This document shows, in pieces, positions 12,505 through 26,009 of a DNA stretch of 64,000 nucleotides (its first letter is position 1; each line of letters starts with the position of its first letter). The position numbers were made by a program, and so were the translations under genes. Origin of the DNA: Chiloscyllium plagiosum (taxonomy: Eukaryota); assembly GCF_004010195.1 (NCBI RefSeq), contig NC_057718.1, positions 84,129,730 through 84,193,729 on the forward strand, in the 5' to 3' direction. The notes under the pieces are model-generated. The model was not told the origin of the DNA and searched no databases. It worked only from the letters and a program-made list of their open reading frames with translations.

Positions 12505-12870
12505 TGATTGTTTGGCTTTTACTACCTTGAATATCCACTACATCCACCACCTGTGTACTTTGGCCACAGAGTGCACAATCTTCAGATTGCACTGTAGCAA
12601 TTTGCCAAGACCTCATAAATAACCTGTCCAAAACTCTTGACTAACAGACTCATTGGAACACCATTATCTCCAAGATCCACACAAATCACATATCATCTTG
12701 ACTTGGATCTATATAGCTGTTCCCTGAGTCAAAATGCTGAATCCCTTGCCTAACAGCACTGTTGAAGAACCTTTTTTATTAGACACTCTAAAGCAGTTCA
12801 ACAAGACTGCTCACTACCAACTCTCCGGGACCGAGAGTAAATACTGCGTTTGCTGAACAAATTAATCCCA
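12505..12870 (+). mobile_element. Old 3' fragment of the non-CR1 LINE family also seen at 33955-35170
   Basis: Colinear similarity with 33955-34370 (caccatt...ttgacttgga...cagttcaacaagactgctcactacca). Confidence 0.55.
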
Positions 12871-13119
12871 GAACAAATTAATTTTTAGAAGTCCTTGATA
12901 ACAGTGGTTGCTATGATCCTCAACTTACTTTGTTTCAAGTTTCAGACTCTGCCTCCGATTGTTTGTCAGTACTCACCGTATTTTGTTAAAGCAATGGAAG
13001 TATTTGAAGTTAAGGCTGTGTTTTTTTCATATTCATTCGTAGGATTTGGGCGTCACTGGTTGGGCCAGCTTTTGTTGTCAGTCCCTAGTTGCCTTTGAGA
13101 ATGTGATAGTGAGCTGTCT

Positions 13120-14290
13120 CGCCTGAAGACCCAATATCCTTGAATATTGAGCTGGCAATCCTTCCCCCTCCCTCAACCATGTTTCAGCAATAGCAATAAC
13201 ATAGCCCAATTAGTGCTCTCAACCCTCTGCCTTGTTTATTAGATTCCTTGCCATTAAACTTTGTCAAACCCCCTTGTGCCTGAACAGGCCTGTAATTTCT
13301 CTGCCTTCCTTACTCATTTGTTATCTCTTCTCATTTTGGCTGTGCAGCTCCTCTTGCTGAACATTCAGGATCCCATCCCACCCCACCCCACAGCAACAGC
13401 AAACCTCCCTGTAAGGGTCCAGGTCCCAGTCCGCTTCAGGTGCAATCCATCCACCTTGGTCCCACTGCCCCAAAAAACAGTCCCAATGTCCCAGAAATCT
13501 AAAACCCTCCCTTTTACACCATCTCTGCAGCCTTGCATTCATCAGGATCACCTCCTATTTCCGTATTCACAAGTACATGGCACCAGAGAGTGCTACCTTT
13601 TGGGTCCTGAGTTTTAATCTACTTCCTAGCTCATAAAGTTCTGCTTTAAACTCTTCACCCCTTTTTCTACTCATGTTGTTGGTACGAATACGTACCACAG
13701 TCTCTATCTGTTTACACCGCCCCACCCCACCCCCTTCATTCAGCCAAACAGCTGTTCAGTGACATCGACCCCGGCATCAGGGAGGCAACATACTATCCTA
13801 GAGTCTTTTCCCCGGTTTGTTCCTCTTACAATTGAAACTCCAACCACTATAGTCTTGCCTTTCTTCTTTCTTACCTCGTGTGTAGCAGACCCATCCATGT
13901 GCCATGAAGCTGGTTCACATTGCTTTTCCATGCACAGTCATCTTTTCCAATGGTATCTAAAACTGAATGTTTACTAAAAAGGGGGGATGGGCACAGGAAA
14001 CTCGTACAGTACATGCCTTCCTCTGCTCTGTCTGGTGGTCACCCATGCCCTTTCTGCCTGTTCATTCTTCCCCAGCAGTGTGACCACCTCACTGTGCCGT
14101 TTGCAAATACTCAACATTGCGATGCTCCAAGATAAAGTTGCCTGCAGCTCCAGCTCCAGAATGCAGTTAGCCAGTAGCTGTAGCTAGACACGCCCTGCAT
14201 ATATGACTACCGGGAGCAACTAAAGCTTCCATGATTTGACACATAACAGAGAAGATGCATATCACAGGTGCAAGCTCTGCTGCCACAACT
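13120..14290 (-). mobile_element. CR1 LINE ORF1 (SGNH esterase-type) remnant
   Basis: Minus-strand TIVVGVSIVRGT...IVCCLPDAGV and NARLQRWCKREGFRFLGHWDCF, typical of the CR1 ORF1 esterase. Confidence 0.8.
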
Positions 14291-14856
14291 CCCCTTAAGC
14301 CCCTTAGTTACTTCCCTTTTTAAAAAATATTCATTATGTATATATGAAAATACTGTACTTCCCTTACCCTACTTGTATTAATTATATTACTTCATTATAT
14401 TGGCCCTGACTTTGACTTATTCTTGTTGTTTCACAGTTAATCCCTCCTTCAGAAAAAAATATGCATTTTAAAATCACAAACCAATTAATCCACCACTTCC
14501 CTGTGATGTCACTTTGTTTTGTTTTCCCAATCAGCAGTCCCTGCAGCTGTTAAACTAGGGCATCCCTCTCAATTTATCATGTTGCTGCCTTCCTTTCTGT
14601 GCTGAGTTGAAGCTGATGTCCTGGATCTGAAATGATTGACCTCCAATAACCACAACCATCATTCTTTGTATAATGACGCATTAGCTATTTAATGTATTAA
14701 TGAATTATTCAGAATTCAAAATGTTTTTGTGCTTTTTGTTGGATGATTAATTTTCCACAAACATGCAGTTTCTTAACCCTTATTCTGCTCAAATATAGAT
14801 GAAGCTATTCATTTGCATTACCACAGCCTTGGAAAGTTCAAAAGATTTGGAAATAA

Positions 14857-15102
<246 letters not shown>

Positions 15103-15602
15103 TAATGTTTTCAGTCTTTCTTCCCAGGTATGTTTGGATATTGCAGTTGGACAAAGAATGCTAGTTTGCTGTTGATGTGTAGAGAACCATTTAAATGTGG
15201 AGACTTTCTTATGTATTTCTTTGACCAGGTAGCTTCATAAATCGTAGTTTTTTAGATCGGTGCTGCTATTTGCTGACCAATGGGAGGCACTGTCCTTCTT
15301 ATTAGTTTGTCAGCCGTACAAACTGCTACTTCAGAGAAGTGCTGCCACAATTGCATAACAGCCTCTCTATGTAACCACTCAAATGGGACCTCTCAGTAGT
15401 CACAGTCTATTCATGAGTGCCTCAGTGCCAACTGAAGTTCAGACTTGCCCTTCCTGATGATCTGTTTGATGTTATCTGAAACAAGCCCCATTTTCTTAAT
15501 TGCTGCCTTCGCCTCTGTTGCTGTCAGTCTAATTGCTGTACTGCCTCTTCAATGAAGTATACGTTTACACATGCCTTCAGATAACCTCGCTGAATAGTTA
15601 TA

Positions 15603-17140
15603 CAGTCACAGTCAGATGTACAGCATGGAAACAGACTCTTCGGTCCAACTCCTCCATGCTGACCAGATATCCCAACTCAATCTAGTCGCACCTGCCAGCA
15701 CCCGGCCCATATCCCTCCAAACCCTTCCTATTCATATACCCATCCAGATCCCTCTTAAATGTTGCAATTGTATCAGCCTCACCACTTCCTCTGGCAGCTC
15801 GTACCACTCTGTGTGGAAAAAGTTGCCCCTTAAGTCTCTTTTATATCCTTCTCCTCTCACCCTAAACCTAAGTCCTCTAGTTCTGGACTCTTCCATCCCA
15901 GGGAAAAGACTTTGTCTATTTATCCTATCCATGCTCCTCCTGATTTTATAAACCTCTATAAGGTCACTCCTCAGCCTCTGATGCTCCAGGGAAAACAGCC
16001 CCAGCCTGTTCAGTCTCTCCCTACAGCTCAAATCCTCCAACCCTGGCAACATCCTTGTAAATCTTTTCTGAACCCTTTAGGAAGGAAACCAGGATTGCAC
16101 GCAATATTCCCACAGTGGCCTAATCACTGTCCTGTACAGCCATAATATGACCTCCCAACTCCTGTACTCAATACTCTGACCAATAAAGGAAAGCATACCA
16201 AATGCCTTCTTCACTATCCTATCTACCTGCACTCCAAGATCTCTTTGTTCGGTAACACTCCCCAGGATCTTGCCCTCAAGTGTATAAGTTCTGCTAAGGT
16301 TTGCTTTCCCAAAATGCAGCACCTCAGTTATCTAAATTAAACTCCATCTGCCACTTCTCAGCCCAGTGGCTCATCTGATCAAGATCCTATTGTAATCTGA
16401 GGTTGACCCTCTTTGCTGTTCACTACGCCTCCAATTTTGGTGTCATCTGCAAACCTACTAACTGTACCTCTTATACTCGCAACCAAATTATTTATGTAAA
16501 TGATTAAAAGTAGCCGTCCCAGCACCGATTCTTGTGACACTCCACTGGTCACAGGTCTCCAGTGTGAACAACAACCCTCCACCACCAACCTCTGTCTTCT
16601 ACCTTTGAGCCAATTCTGTATCCAAATGGCTAGTTCTGCCTGTATTCCATGAGACCTAACCTTGCTAACCTGTCTCTCATGGGGAACCTTGTCAAACGCC
16701 TTTCTGAAGTCCACGTAGATGACGTCCACCGTTCTGTCCTCCTCAATCGTCTTTGTTACTTCAAAAAATTCAATTAAGTTTGAGACATGATTTCCCATGC
16801 ACAAAGCCATGTTGACTATCCGTAATCAGTCCTTGCCTTTCCAAATACAGGTACATCCTGTTCCTCAGGATTCCCTCCAACAATGTGCCCACCACTGACG
16901 TCAGGCTCACTGGTCAATAGTTCCCTGGCTTGTCCTTACCACCTTTTTTAAACAGTGGCACCATATTAGCCAACCTCCAGTCTTCATCCTCGGGATCATT
17001 CTTCTAAACCACGTCTGATCCCTGTCCATGGCTTGCACATCCTTCTTTAGATCTGGCATCCAGAATTGTTCACCATATTCCAAGTGCCGTCTGACCAGTG
17101 CCTTCTGCAGAATGAGAGGTACATTTCTGCTTTTGTATTC
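15603..17140 (-). mobile_element. CR1 LINE ORF2 with 3' end
   Basis: VDVIYVDFRKAFDKVPH, SGVSQESVLG, FADDTK and RLRSDLIEVYK on the minus strand. Confidence 0.92.
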
Positions 17141-17442
17141 TAGTGTCCCAAAGTGTGTAGTAATGTGTTATTTTTACCTCTTTGTATTTTGTCTTGAGTA
17201 TATGAGGGCAAAACTTTAATACAAGAAAACACTTAGATCTCAAGAAAATTACTTAGAATGGGAGAATACTAAGTTGGGCTGCCTTTTTAGTGTATAGTTG
17301 AGATTTCGTATTTGAACAGAAGTAAAAATCCTGTGTTAAATATAAAGCACATTAAAAATGATATCTGGGTTCGGATACATATGCAGTTATGGGTTTGAGA
17401 ATTTTGTCCTATTGGCATGCCCATGATTGAAAGATTTTTGCC

Positions 17443-17780
17443 CTCGGTGGCTCAGTGGTTAGCACTGCTGCCTCATAGCGCCAGGGACCTGGTTCAATTC
17501 CAGCCTCGGGTGACTGGCTGTGTGGAGTTTGCGCATTCTCCCCATAGCTGCATGATCCTCTGGGTGCTCCTTTCCTCCTACAATCCAAGGAAATGCAGGT
17601 TAGGTGAGTTGGCTATGCTACATTGTCCATTATGTTCAGGGATCTGTAGTTGGGTGCATTAGTCAGGGGTAAATGTAGAGTAATAAGGTAGGGCAATGGG
17701 TTTGGGTGGGTTACTCTTCGCAGGGTCAGTGTGGACTTGTTGGGCCGAAGGGCCTGTTTCCACAGGTCGGGATTCTATGA
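17443..17780 (+). mobile_element. HE1-like SINE
   Basis: ggtggctcagtggttagcactgctgcctca A box, ggttcaattcc B box, gggccgaagggcctgtttcc tail. Confidence 0.9.
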
Positions 17781-18623
17781 TTTTATGAAAGGCTTCCTCT
17801 AAACATTTCAATCTCAATACAATTCCTAGGAGCGCTCTGAGATTGATCAAAGGGAGATTGATTCCTCCTCACTCTTCTCTACCTTCTAGATGCAGAATCG
17901 GTGTTCAAACCCATGTCCAAAGACTGTGTGTCTTTGTAAAATGCTTGTGATAAAACACTCAGTTCATGCTATGAAGAATTATAATGCAAACTGTTCTGTT
18001 GTTAACCAAATTACACAATGTCTGTATAGTGCAACTGATCGTTTCTATGCTGACTCTTCTTAGTATTTCAGAAATTATTTTGAATCTGAGATTTAAGATG
18101 TAATTGAGTTAACTATTCAATTGAAGTATACATTTTAATCGTACATTGAATAAAACCAACTCTTTTGCATCCTAGTTTTAATTTCAGCCATTTGGTCAGA
18201 GTTGAGAATCTATGGAGAGATCTCCTAGAAGGCAGAGTGAATGTCACCAGAAAGAGCAATCAACCTAGGCTTGGTTAGATGGCAAACATCATAGACTTGT
18301 TGCAGATGGGCTCCAGTAGGTGTGTGAGGATTGTATAAGACAGGCGAGCATGGCATACTTGGACAGCAGGTCACCTGGCAGGAGTAGCTACAAGCCGTAA
18401 CTCCAGTCTAAATTGATTGACTGTTCCAAATATTTATCATTTACAAATAAAAATAAACTATTGACTGTTTTATTTGTTCTAGATTTTCCCTTTCTTCTCT
18501 TTTTGGTATGGTCTCAATATTCTACATTTGTTTAAATTAAAAATCTACGGTTTCTTTATTTACAAATCTATCTTGCACTTCTGTGATGATCACTATTGAA
18601 TTCTAATCTTTCTGGACTATACG

Positions 18624-19418
18624 CAGGTAGATAGGATAGTGAAGAAGGTGTTTGGTATGCTTTCTTTTATTGGTCAGAATATTGAGTACAGGAGTTGGGA
18701 GGTCATATTGCGGCTGTACAGGAATTAATTAGGTTACTGTTAGATATTGCGTGCAGTTCTGGTCTCCTTCCTATTGGAAAGATGTTGTGAAACTTGAAAG
18801 GGTTCAGAAAAGATTTAGATTAGATTACTTAGTGTGGAAACAGGCCCTTCGGCCCAACAAGTCCACACCGACCCACCGAAGCGCAACCCACCCATTCCCC
18901 TACATTTACCCCTTTTTACCTAACGCAATGGGCAATTTAGCATAGCCAATTCACCTGAATTGCACATCTTTGGACTGTGGGAGGAAACCGGAGCACCCGG
19001 AGGAAACCCACACAGACACGGGGAGAATGTGCAAACTCCACACAGTCAGTCGCCTGAGTCGGGAATTGAACCCGGGTCTCTGGCACTGAGAGGCAGCAGT
19101 GCTAACCACTATGCCACCGTGCCGCCCCACGGGTATTGCCAGGGTTGGAGGATTTGAGCTATAGGGAGAGGCTGAATAGGCTGGGGCTATTTTCCCTGGA
19201 GCGTCAAGAGGTTGAGGGGGTGTCCTTTTAGAGGTGTACAAGTGGTGGAGGCTGGTACAATTGCAACATTTAAAAGGCATTTGGATGGGTAAATGAATAG
19301 GAAGGGTTTGGAGGGATATGGGCCGGGTGCTGGCAGGTGGGACTAGATTGGGTTGGGATATCTGGTCGGCGTGGACAGGTTGGACCAAAGGTTCTGTTTC
19401 CATGCTGTACATCTGACT
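18624..19418 (+). mobile_element. CR1 3' fragment interrupted by an HE1 SINE
   Basis: QFWSPSYWKDVVKLERVQKRF, resuming after 19130 at ttgccagggttggagg. Confidence 0.85.
18817..19130 (-). mobile_element. HE1-like SINE, young (CpG-rich), nested in CR1
   Basis: Full head gggcggcacggtggcatagtggttagc on the minus strand and a (TAATC)n tail. Confidence 0.92.
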
Positions 19419-19729
19419 CCAAGGTTAAATCAATGTAATCTTTCCTCATCCATTTTGTGCTGGGATTATGTTGTTTTTAACTCTTAATTGTTTATGCTTT
19501 ACTATCCTGCCTTGGTCATTGCAAGTATATCAATGATTGATTATGCCAAGATCCTTTACTAAGTCCCTATGTTCTAATTTATTCTAATCATTGTACACTT
19601 TTGTCCCAAATGTTAACTATTTTAATATTTCATTTGTTATTGATATTTATTTGCCTTTATAGTCTCTTTTGAAATATTAATCCTAATCTTTTTGTAACTC
19701 TCTAGCATATTGTTTTGCTACATGGCCTT

Positions 19730-20320
19730 GTCATAGAGTCAAACAGCATGGAAACAGACCCTTCTGTCCAACTCCTCCAGGCCCACCAAGTTTCCCAAAC
19801 TAAACTAGTCCCACTTGCTGGCATTTGACCCATATTCTTCTAAACCTTCCCTATTCAATAGCTATCCAAATCTCTTTTAAATATTGTAACAGTGCCTGCT
19901 TTTACCACTTCCTCCGGCAGTTCTTTCCACACATGAACCAGCCTCTGTGGAAAAGGTTGGCCCTTGGGTCCCTTTTAAATCTTTCTCTTTTTAGTTTAAA
20001 ATTTAGCCCTCTAGTATGGAATTCCCCAACCCGTGGGGGAAAAACCTTTGCTATTCACCTTTTCTGTACCCCTCATGATTTTATAAACCTCTACAAAGTT
20101 ACCCCTCAATTTCCTATGCTCCAGTGAAAAATATCCCAGCCTATCTAGCCTCATAACTCAAATCTTCCAATCCCAATAAACATCCTTGTAAGTCTTTTCT
20201 GCACCCTCTCCAATTTAATAATACACTTCCTATAGCTGGGCAACCAGAATTGTACACCATACTCCAACAATGGCCTCACCAATGTCCAGTGCAACCACAA
20301 CATGCTGTCCCAACTCCTAA
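19730..20320 (-). mobile_element. CR1 3' fragment
   Basis: LVRPLLEYGVQFWLPSYRKCIIKLERVQKR on the minus strand. Confidence 0.88.
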
Positions 20321-21214
20321 ATTGTTTCTGCACTTTAAGCAAATATGATCAAATGTAGTATTAAAAATGAGAAATAATGGGATCCATTCAGTGATTTTAA
20401 TAAAACTCAACTGAACATTCTGGCATCGCATATCTTGAGTATTTTCAGTTTATTTTAAATCCATGGAGAGAACCCCCCGCCCCCCCAGCAATGCTGCCAG
20501 ACCTGGTGAGTATTTCCAGCAGTTTGTTAGGTTTTGGATTATCTTTATATTAGACAGTGCCCTTACCATTTTCATGTCCTACCCTGGATTCTGTGACTTT
20601 TAATTTATCTAACAATCCTTTTTATGTAGAAGTTTCTGTAAGTGCTCCAAAAGTCCAAATTGTATTTCAGGGATCAGACTACGTTGTCTGTAGTGTCTAT
20701 TCAGATGCCCTAGCGATTTGCCTATCATATCATATATATTGTTAACTCTTTGCTGGCTCTGACTGTATTACATTATTATTGTAAGCATATTCCTCTAGTA
20801 CAGTATGCAGTTTAAAGTAGATTCTATTTTTACTAAGTACTGATGTTGACTGATAACTTTCTCAAGCAATCTTTTTGTACTTTAAATTTATTTTATCACT
20901 AATCCTACAAAGTCTCAATAGTGTTTAACAGTTTGTTGTTCACAGTAAAAGTACTTTTTTGTTTTTTACCTGCTTTGCTGCAGCTTCTTCAAATACATTC
21001 ATTTTGCCCAAGGAATATGCTAATGTTCAGTTTTGTTTACTGCCTCTAATTGTAATGGAACCCTCAGCACCCAGATATCAAACATAAATTGTAAGATGTC
21101 TATGTCCTTTGATGAAAAGCTGTAAAACTGATCCACTTTGATTTATTTTATATTTTCAATCTCATGAACACTCATTATACTCGCTCTTGTTCTAATTCCT
21201 TTCTACCTGGATGT

Positions 21215-21410
21215 GTGTCAGCTGTACTGAATCTCTTGTCTCCGAGTCAAAAGATTCTGGGTGCAAGTCTCACTCCAGGGGTCAAGCACAAATCAAAACC
21301 AACACTCCCACACTATAACATGGAAGCACTGCTCCACTGGAAGTGCTATTTTTCAGCTAAGATTGAGATTCTTTCTACTTAGTTGGGAGCATGTAAAAGA
21401 TTCCACAATT
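21215..21410 (+). mobile_element. DeuSINE remnant
   Basis: ctccgagtcaaaagattctgggtgcaagtctcactccag head, then gcactgctccactggaagtgctatttttcag and gtaaaagattcc. Confidence 0.5.
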
Positions 21411-21682
21411 TACAATTGTGCTCTATTTCCCCCCACTTGATCAAATGTTTTGTCCTTTTATTTGAACATGTAGAAATTCTGCACAGTCACCATTATAGAT
21501 TTAAAAGTGATGTATTTTTCTCTACTGGAGATAATTTTCAACACTATTACCTGCTTAATTTATTGTTTTTATTCCCGCATTTTCATCAATTTGTGTGCAT
21601 TTAGAAACATTTAGGATTTCTACTCCTCAATCTCAACTATGCATTGGTGTATCTTACAAACTCATTTTGATTATGTTTTCAG

Positions 21683-21807
21683 ACTTCCTCTACTAGATTG
21701 CTTTACTGCACTGCAGGAGTGCTGCTCAGACGACTGGAGGCAGACCCAGATCTCCAAGGCGTGTCCCATGTTATTGTAGATGAAGTTCATGAAAGAACAG
21801 AGGAAAG
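21683..21807 (+). CDS. DHX57: DHX57 coding exon (motif Ib, motif II DEVH)
   Basis: tttcag|ACT...GAAAG|gtgat. [41 protein letters not shown]. Phase 0 in, 2 out. Confidence 0.97.
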
Positions 21808-22777
21808 GTGATTCTGTTTTGCACATTGGAGCAGCTCATTGTGAATTTCAGTGCAGTTCAGTATCATGCATGAAGTCACCAAAGTGGAAAAGCATTTTGG
21901 AATGATGATCAGCTCAGACTTTTAAAACAAAAGTGCTTGTGGAAAAAGTGAAAGAAAGTAAGGAGTCATAGTTTTGAACTCATGAAGTTTAAATAGTAGG
22001 CCACTGAGTCTTGATTTAAAGCGATTGTAAGGAGGCAGAACATATTTGGAATTTAGAAAGAACAAAGAAAGGACTTCTCGGAAGTGTCTTAGCCTAGCTG
22101 ATCATTATAGAATAAGGAGAGGCAAGAATAATTGCAATAGATGGAAACTGAGAGTGGATTGAATAGTGTTGGGGCGGAATGACTAAATAAATGACTCAAC
22201 ACATGGATTCCACTTCCAGCAACCAAGAGTTTATTGAAATTACACCAGTGGGGAGAAACCTCTGGGGGTCAGAAACTTCTTCAATAAACCAAGACATACA
22301 TTCTTAGACATTTGTTTTCAGCCTGCCTTTAGCAATTACATGCCAATCATATTATTAATTAATTACATACATGTCCAATCAAATTAATCATGTGACTGCA
22401 TTGTCCATGATGGACACCCTTATGGACTACCCTCTCTTTCATGACCTCATGATATTTACGCCCTTATCGTTATCCTTGGGGTTTTCACAATGCATTCCAG
22501 TCCTGCTGATTTCTGCACCTGTTATTTAATCCTCCCTGCTAATAGTGTGGGGCCCTTCCTTAGTGTCTAACACTGAGTTGTCCATAGGACTTTTAGTAGA
22601 ATCTCCTTAGTGCTTATTGCGTCTTTTTTTAAGTTATATGTCAAAGTCTATAACTAATTTGAAATCAATTACTACGATTATCTGGAAATCTTAACTACAG
22701 TAAATCTCTTTGAGCTGAATCTCAAACCTTTAAATTAGCTCGGTATGGAATTTTTCTGTTAGTAAATACAAGGGTGT

Positions 22778-24545
22778 CCAAGAACAATATGTCATGGAGC
22801 CAACAAAAAAAAGCAGCCCTCACTGGAGCTGGTAATGAGACAAGTTTAATAAATGACCTCAGTAAAAGGCCCCCAGGAAGTAGTGATCATAACATGATCA
22901 AATTTGATATTCAGTTTGAGTGTGAGTCACTTGAATCAGAAACACCTTAAATAAAGGGAATGACAGTGAGCTGAGGACAGAGTTAGCTAAAGTGGACTGG
23001 GCAGATACATTAGCAAGAAAGTCAGTAAGCAAGCAGTGACTGATTATTTAAGGAGGTAATTAATGATTCTTATCAAAAATATATATCCTAGTAAGGAGAA
23101 AAGATTCTGAAGTACAAAAGAATATAAAGTTGAAAGAAAAAGGAAGAAGGCAAAAGTCAGTGATAGCCTCAACGACTGGGGTAAATTGAGAATCCAGCAA
23201 AGAAGGATTAAGAAGATATTAAAGAGAAAAAATAAACTGTGAGGGCAAACCAGTGAGGAATATAAAAAGGAAAAGAGAAATGAACATAAAAAATGAATCT
23301 GGCGAGAACATTTTTGGGGGATAAAGGAAATGGCAGAGGAGTTAAACAAATATTTTGCATGAGTTAATACAGTGGGAGCTTATTTGAATACTAAAGATTA
23401 CAGGGGAGGAATGAAGTACCATCACCATCAATAGAGAAGTATTATTTAGACAAACTAATAGGGCTGAAGACAGAAGTCCCTGGCCCTGATAATTTGCATC
23501 CAATTATCCTATTGGAAGTAGCTGCTGAGCTAGTAGATGCATTGTTTGCATTTTTCCAAAATTCTTTAGATTCTGGAGTAGTAGGGATCAGTGCTGGAAC
23601 TGCAAGTGTTTACAGTATATATTAATGACTCTAAGAAAGGAAGTGATGAACTGTCGCCAAATTTGCAGACGACACAAAAATAGGTGGAAAGTAAAGTTGT
23701 GAGATGGATCCAAACAGTTTAGAGAGATTTATGGGTTAAGTAAATGGGCAAAAAGTTCTCAAATGGAGAATAATGTGGGAAAATGGGAAGTTGTTCATTA
23801 CGAAAGGGAAAACAGAAGGATAGTTTTATTTAAATGGAGAAAAAAGCAGGAGAAAACTGCAACACAAAGCACTTGGTGGTACTTGTGCATGAATCACAGA
23901 ATGCTATCACGCAGGTGCAGCAATAATCAGGAAGGCTAATGGAATGTTGGTCCTTATTTCAAGGGGTTTGGAATATAAGCTTAGGGAAGTCTTACTGCAA
24001 CTGTACAAGATGCTAGTGAGACCATGTGGAGTACTGAGAGCAGTTTTGATCCCTTTAATTAAGGAAAGTTATTATTCTATTACTGGCGGTTCAGAGGAGG
24101 ATCACTAGGATGATCCCTGTCTGGAGGAATTATTTTGTGCACAAGGCTAAACCGGTTGGGTCTCTACTCACTAGAGTTGAGAAGAATGAGAGGTAATCTT
24201 ATTGAATCATGTGGGGTTGATAGTAAATGCTGAGAGTGTTTCCTCATGAGAAAGTCTACTACTAGAAGGCATAGTCTCAAATTAAAGGATGCTGATTTAA
24301 GACTGAGATGAGGAGGAGTTTCTTATCTCGGAGGGTTGAGTGTCTTTGGAACTCCTTGCCACAAAGAGCTGTGGGGATAGAATCCTTGTGTATATTTAAA
24401 GCAAAGATAGATTCTAGTGGGATCATGGGGAAAACTCAGGAAAGTGAATGTGACGAATGTCGGATCAGCCATGATTCTAATAAATGTCAGAGCAGGCTGG
24501 AGTAGCCAAATGGTTGACTACTCCTTTTTCCTGTCGTCTTATGGG
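22778..24545 (+). mobile_element. Degraded CR1 LINE (EN end, RT, 3' end)
   Basis: SDHNMI-like EN end, KFADDTK (aaatttgcagacgacacaaaa), FLSRRVECLWNSLPQRAV. Confidence 0.85.
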
Positions 24546-25856
24546 TATCTTTCAGTAGTGACTTGTGTAATACAGAGAACCGGAGTTGCTCTGTGTTCTC
24601 GAGTGTGTTTCCCCCAGAGAATGGCAGACTCCTGATCTGAATTAGAATTTTGGGTTCCAGAAGGAAGCAGGATCCCATGCTTCACGGTATTTCTCCCCTT
24701 TTCCTAAGGAATTAATGCCAAACTGAGTAACAAGATGTTTAGATCAACTAAGAACACTTTTTATACAATTAGTTCCAATGAATGAAGTTGGGAATCAATG
24801 AGTAAAGAGACCAAATGATTTACTATTTTTTAATCTTAGGGCTAGATGAAACCATCTTGATCAAAAACAAGTTAGTTTATGATATAGCTCTTTATCTCCA
24901 CCTTGTGGAGATAATAAAAAAGCTCATGCTTTCACTTATGGTATTTTACTTAATCTTGTTCATGAGAGTTGTGGATATGACAACGTGTTTGGAAATTAGG
25001 CTGAACCCTATTAGATCCAACAGGTGAGGTGGTGCTCAGTTTTCATGGCATCTTCTATTGATCAAGAGCTTTTAAAAGCTTGATACCTGCACATCTCCCT
25101 CCTACCCTACCTAGTTGTTTTTTGGTCATCATGTATTAGACCATTCAATGTTCCTTTAGGACCTCTTCTCTATTTACTTCCATAACACTAACCTCAACTG
25201 CTTCAATTTCTACCTGTCCCAATGCATTGCCAATGATGCTACCTTTTCCTGGCCTCATAGCCAGTCATTTAAAAGGGAGGCACCTTGTGGATCTCAAACA
25301 ACAGCATAGCAAATGTATAATAATGAGTCCGAGCTTCACCTTTCTATTAGTACTCCACTTACTTGTCCAACATCAAATCATTAATGAACAACAACTTCTT
25401 CTTCCAACTTCAAATAACTTTGTTTCTGTCAATTTTATTTGGTTCTAGAGATAAACCGTGTCGTCTCTAGTTGTACCCAGCTCTCAGATTATATATTCTA
25501 GATTGAATAGGAATCAATGTCTGTTTGATCTTCTAACAATAACCAAGACTAACTATTCATAATTTTTTAAAACTCCACTACCAAACTTTTTATTCTGCAT
25601 TTTCATCTTGATTCCCTAACATCCTCAACTTCACAAATCTGTATTCACTTTCTGCCTCATATATTCAGTGAAACTCTTTGACTATAAGTGGCCTAGTGGT
25701 GTTAGCTCGAGACTGTTAGTCTAAAAGCTCCGCTAATGTTCTGGGGACCCAGGCTTGAATCCCACCACAGCAGTTGGTTAAATTTAAGATAAAAATCTGA
25801 AACTAAGAATCTACTGATAATCATGAAACTGTTGGTGATTGTCTGAAAAATCTGTC

Positions 25857-26009
25857 CTTAAAAAATGTGTCGCTGGAAAAGCGCAGCAGGTCAGGCAGCA
25901 TCAAAGGAGAAGGAGAATCGACGTTTCGGGCATAAGCCCTTCCTGTTGTGCTTTTCTAGCAACACATTTTTAGGCTCTGATCCCTATCATCTGCAGTCCT
26001 CACTTTCTC
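25857..26009. mobile_element. Short PLE-derived fold-back element with partial hammerhead
   Basis: 14-bp TSD ctgaaaaatctgtc (25843-25856, 26010-26023). Inverted ends aaaaatgtgtcgctggaaaagc / gcttttctagcaacacattttt. Confidence 0.85.
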
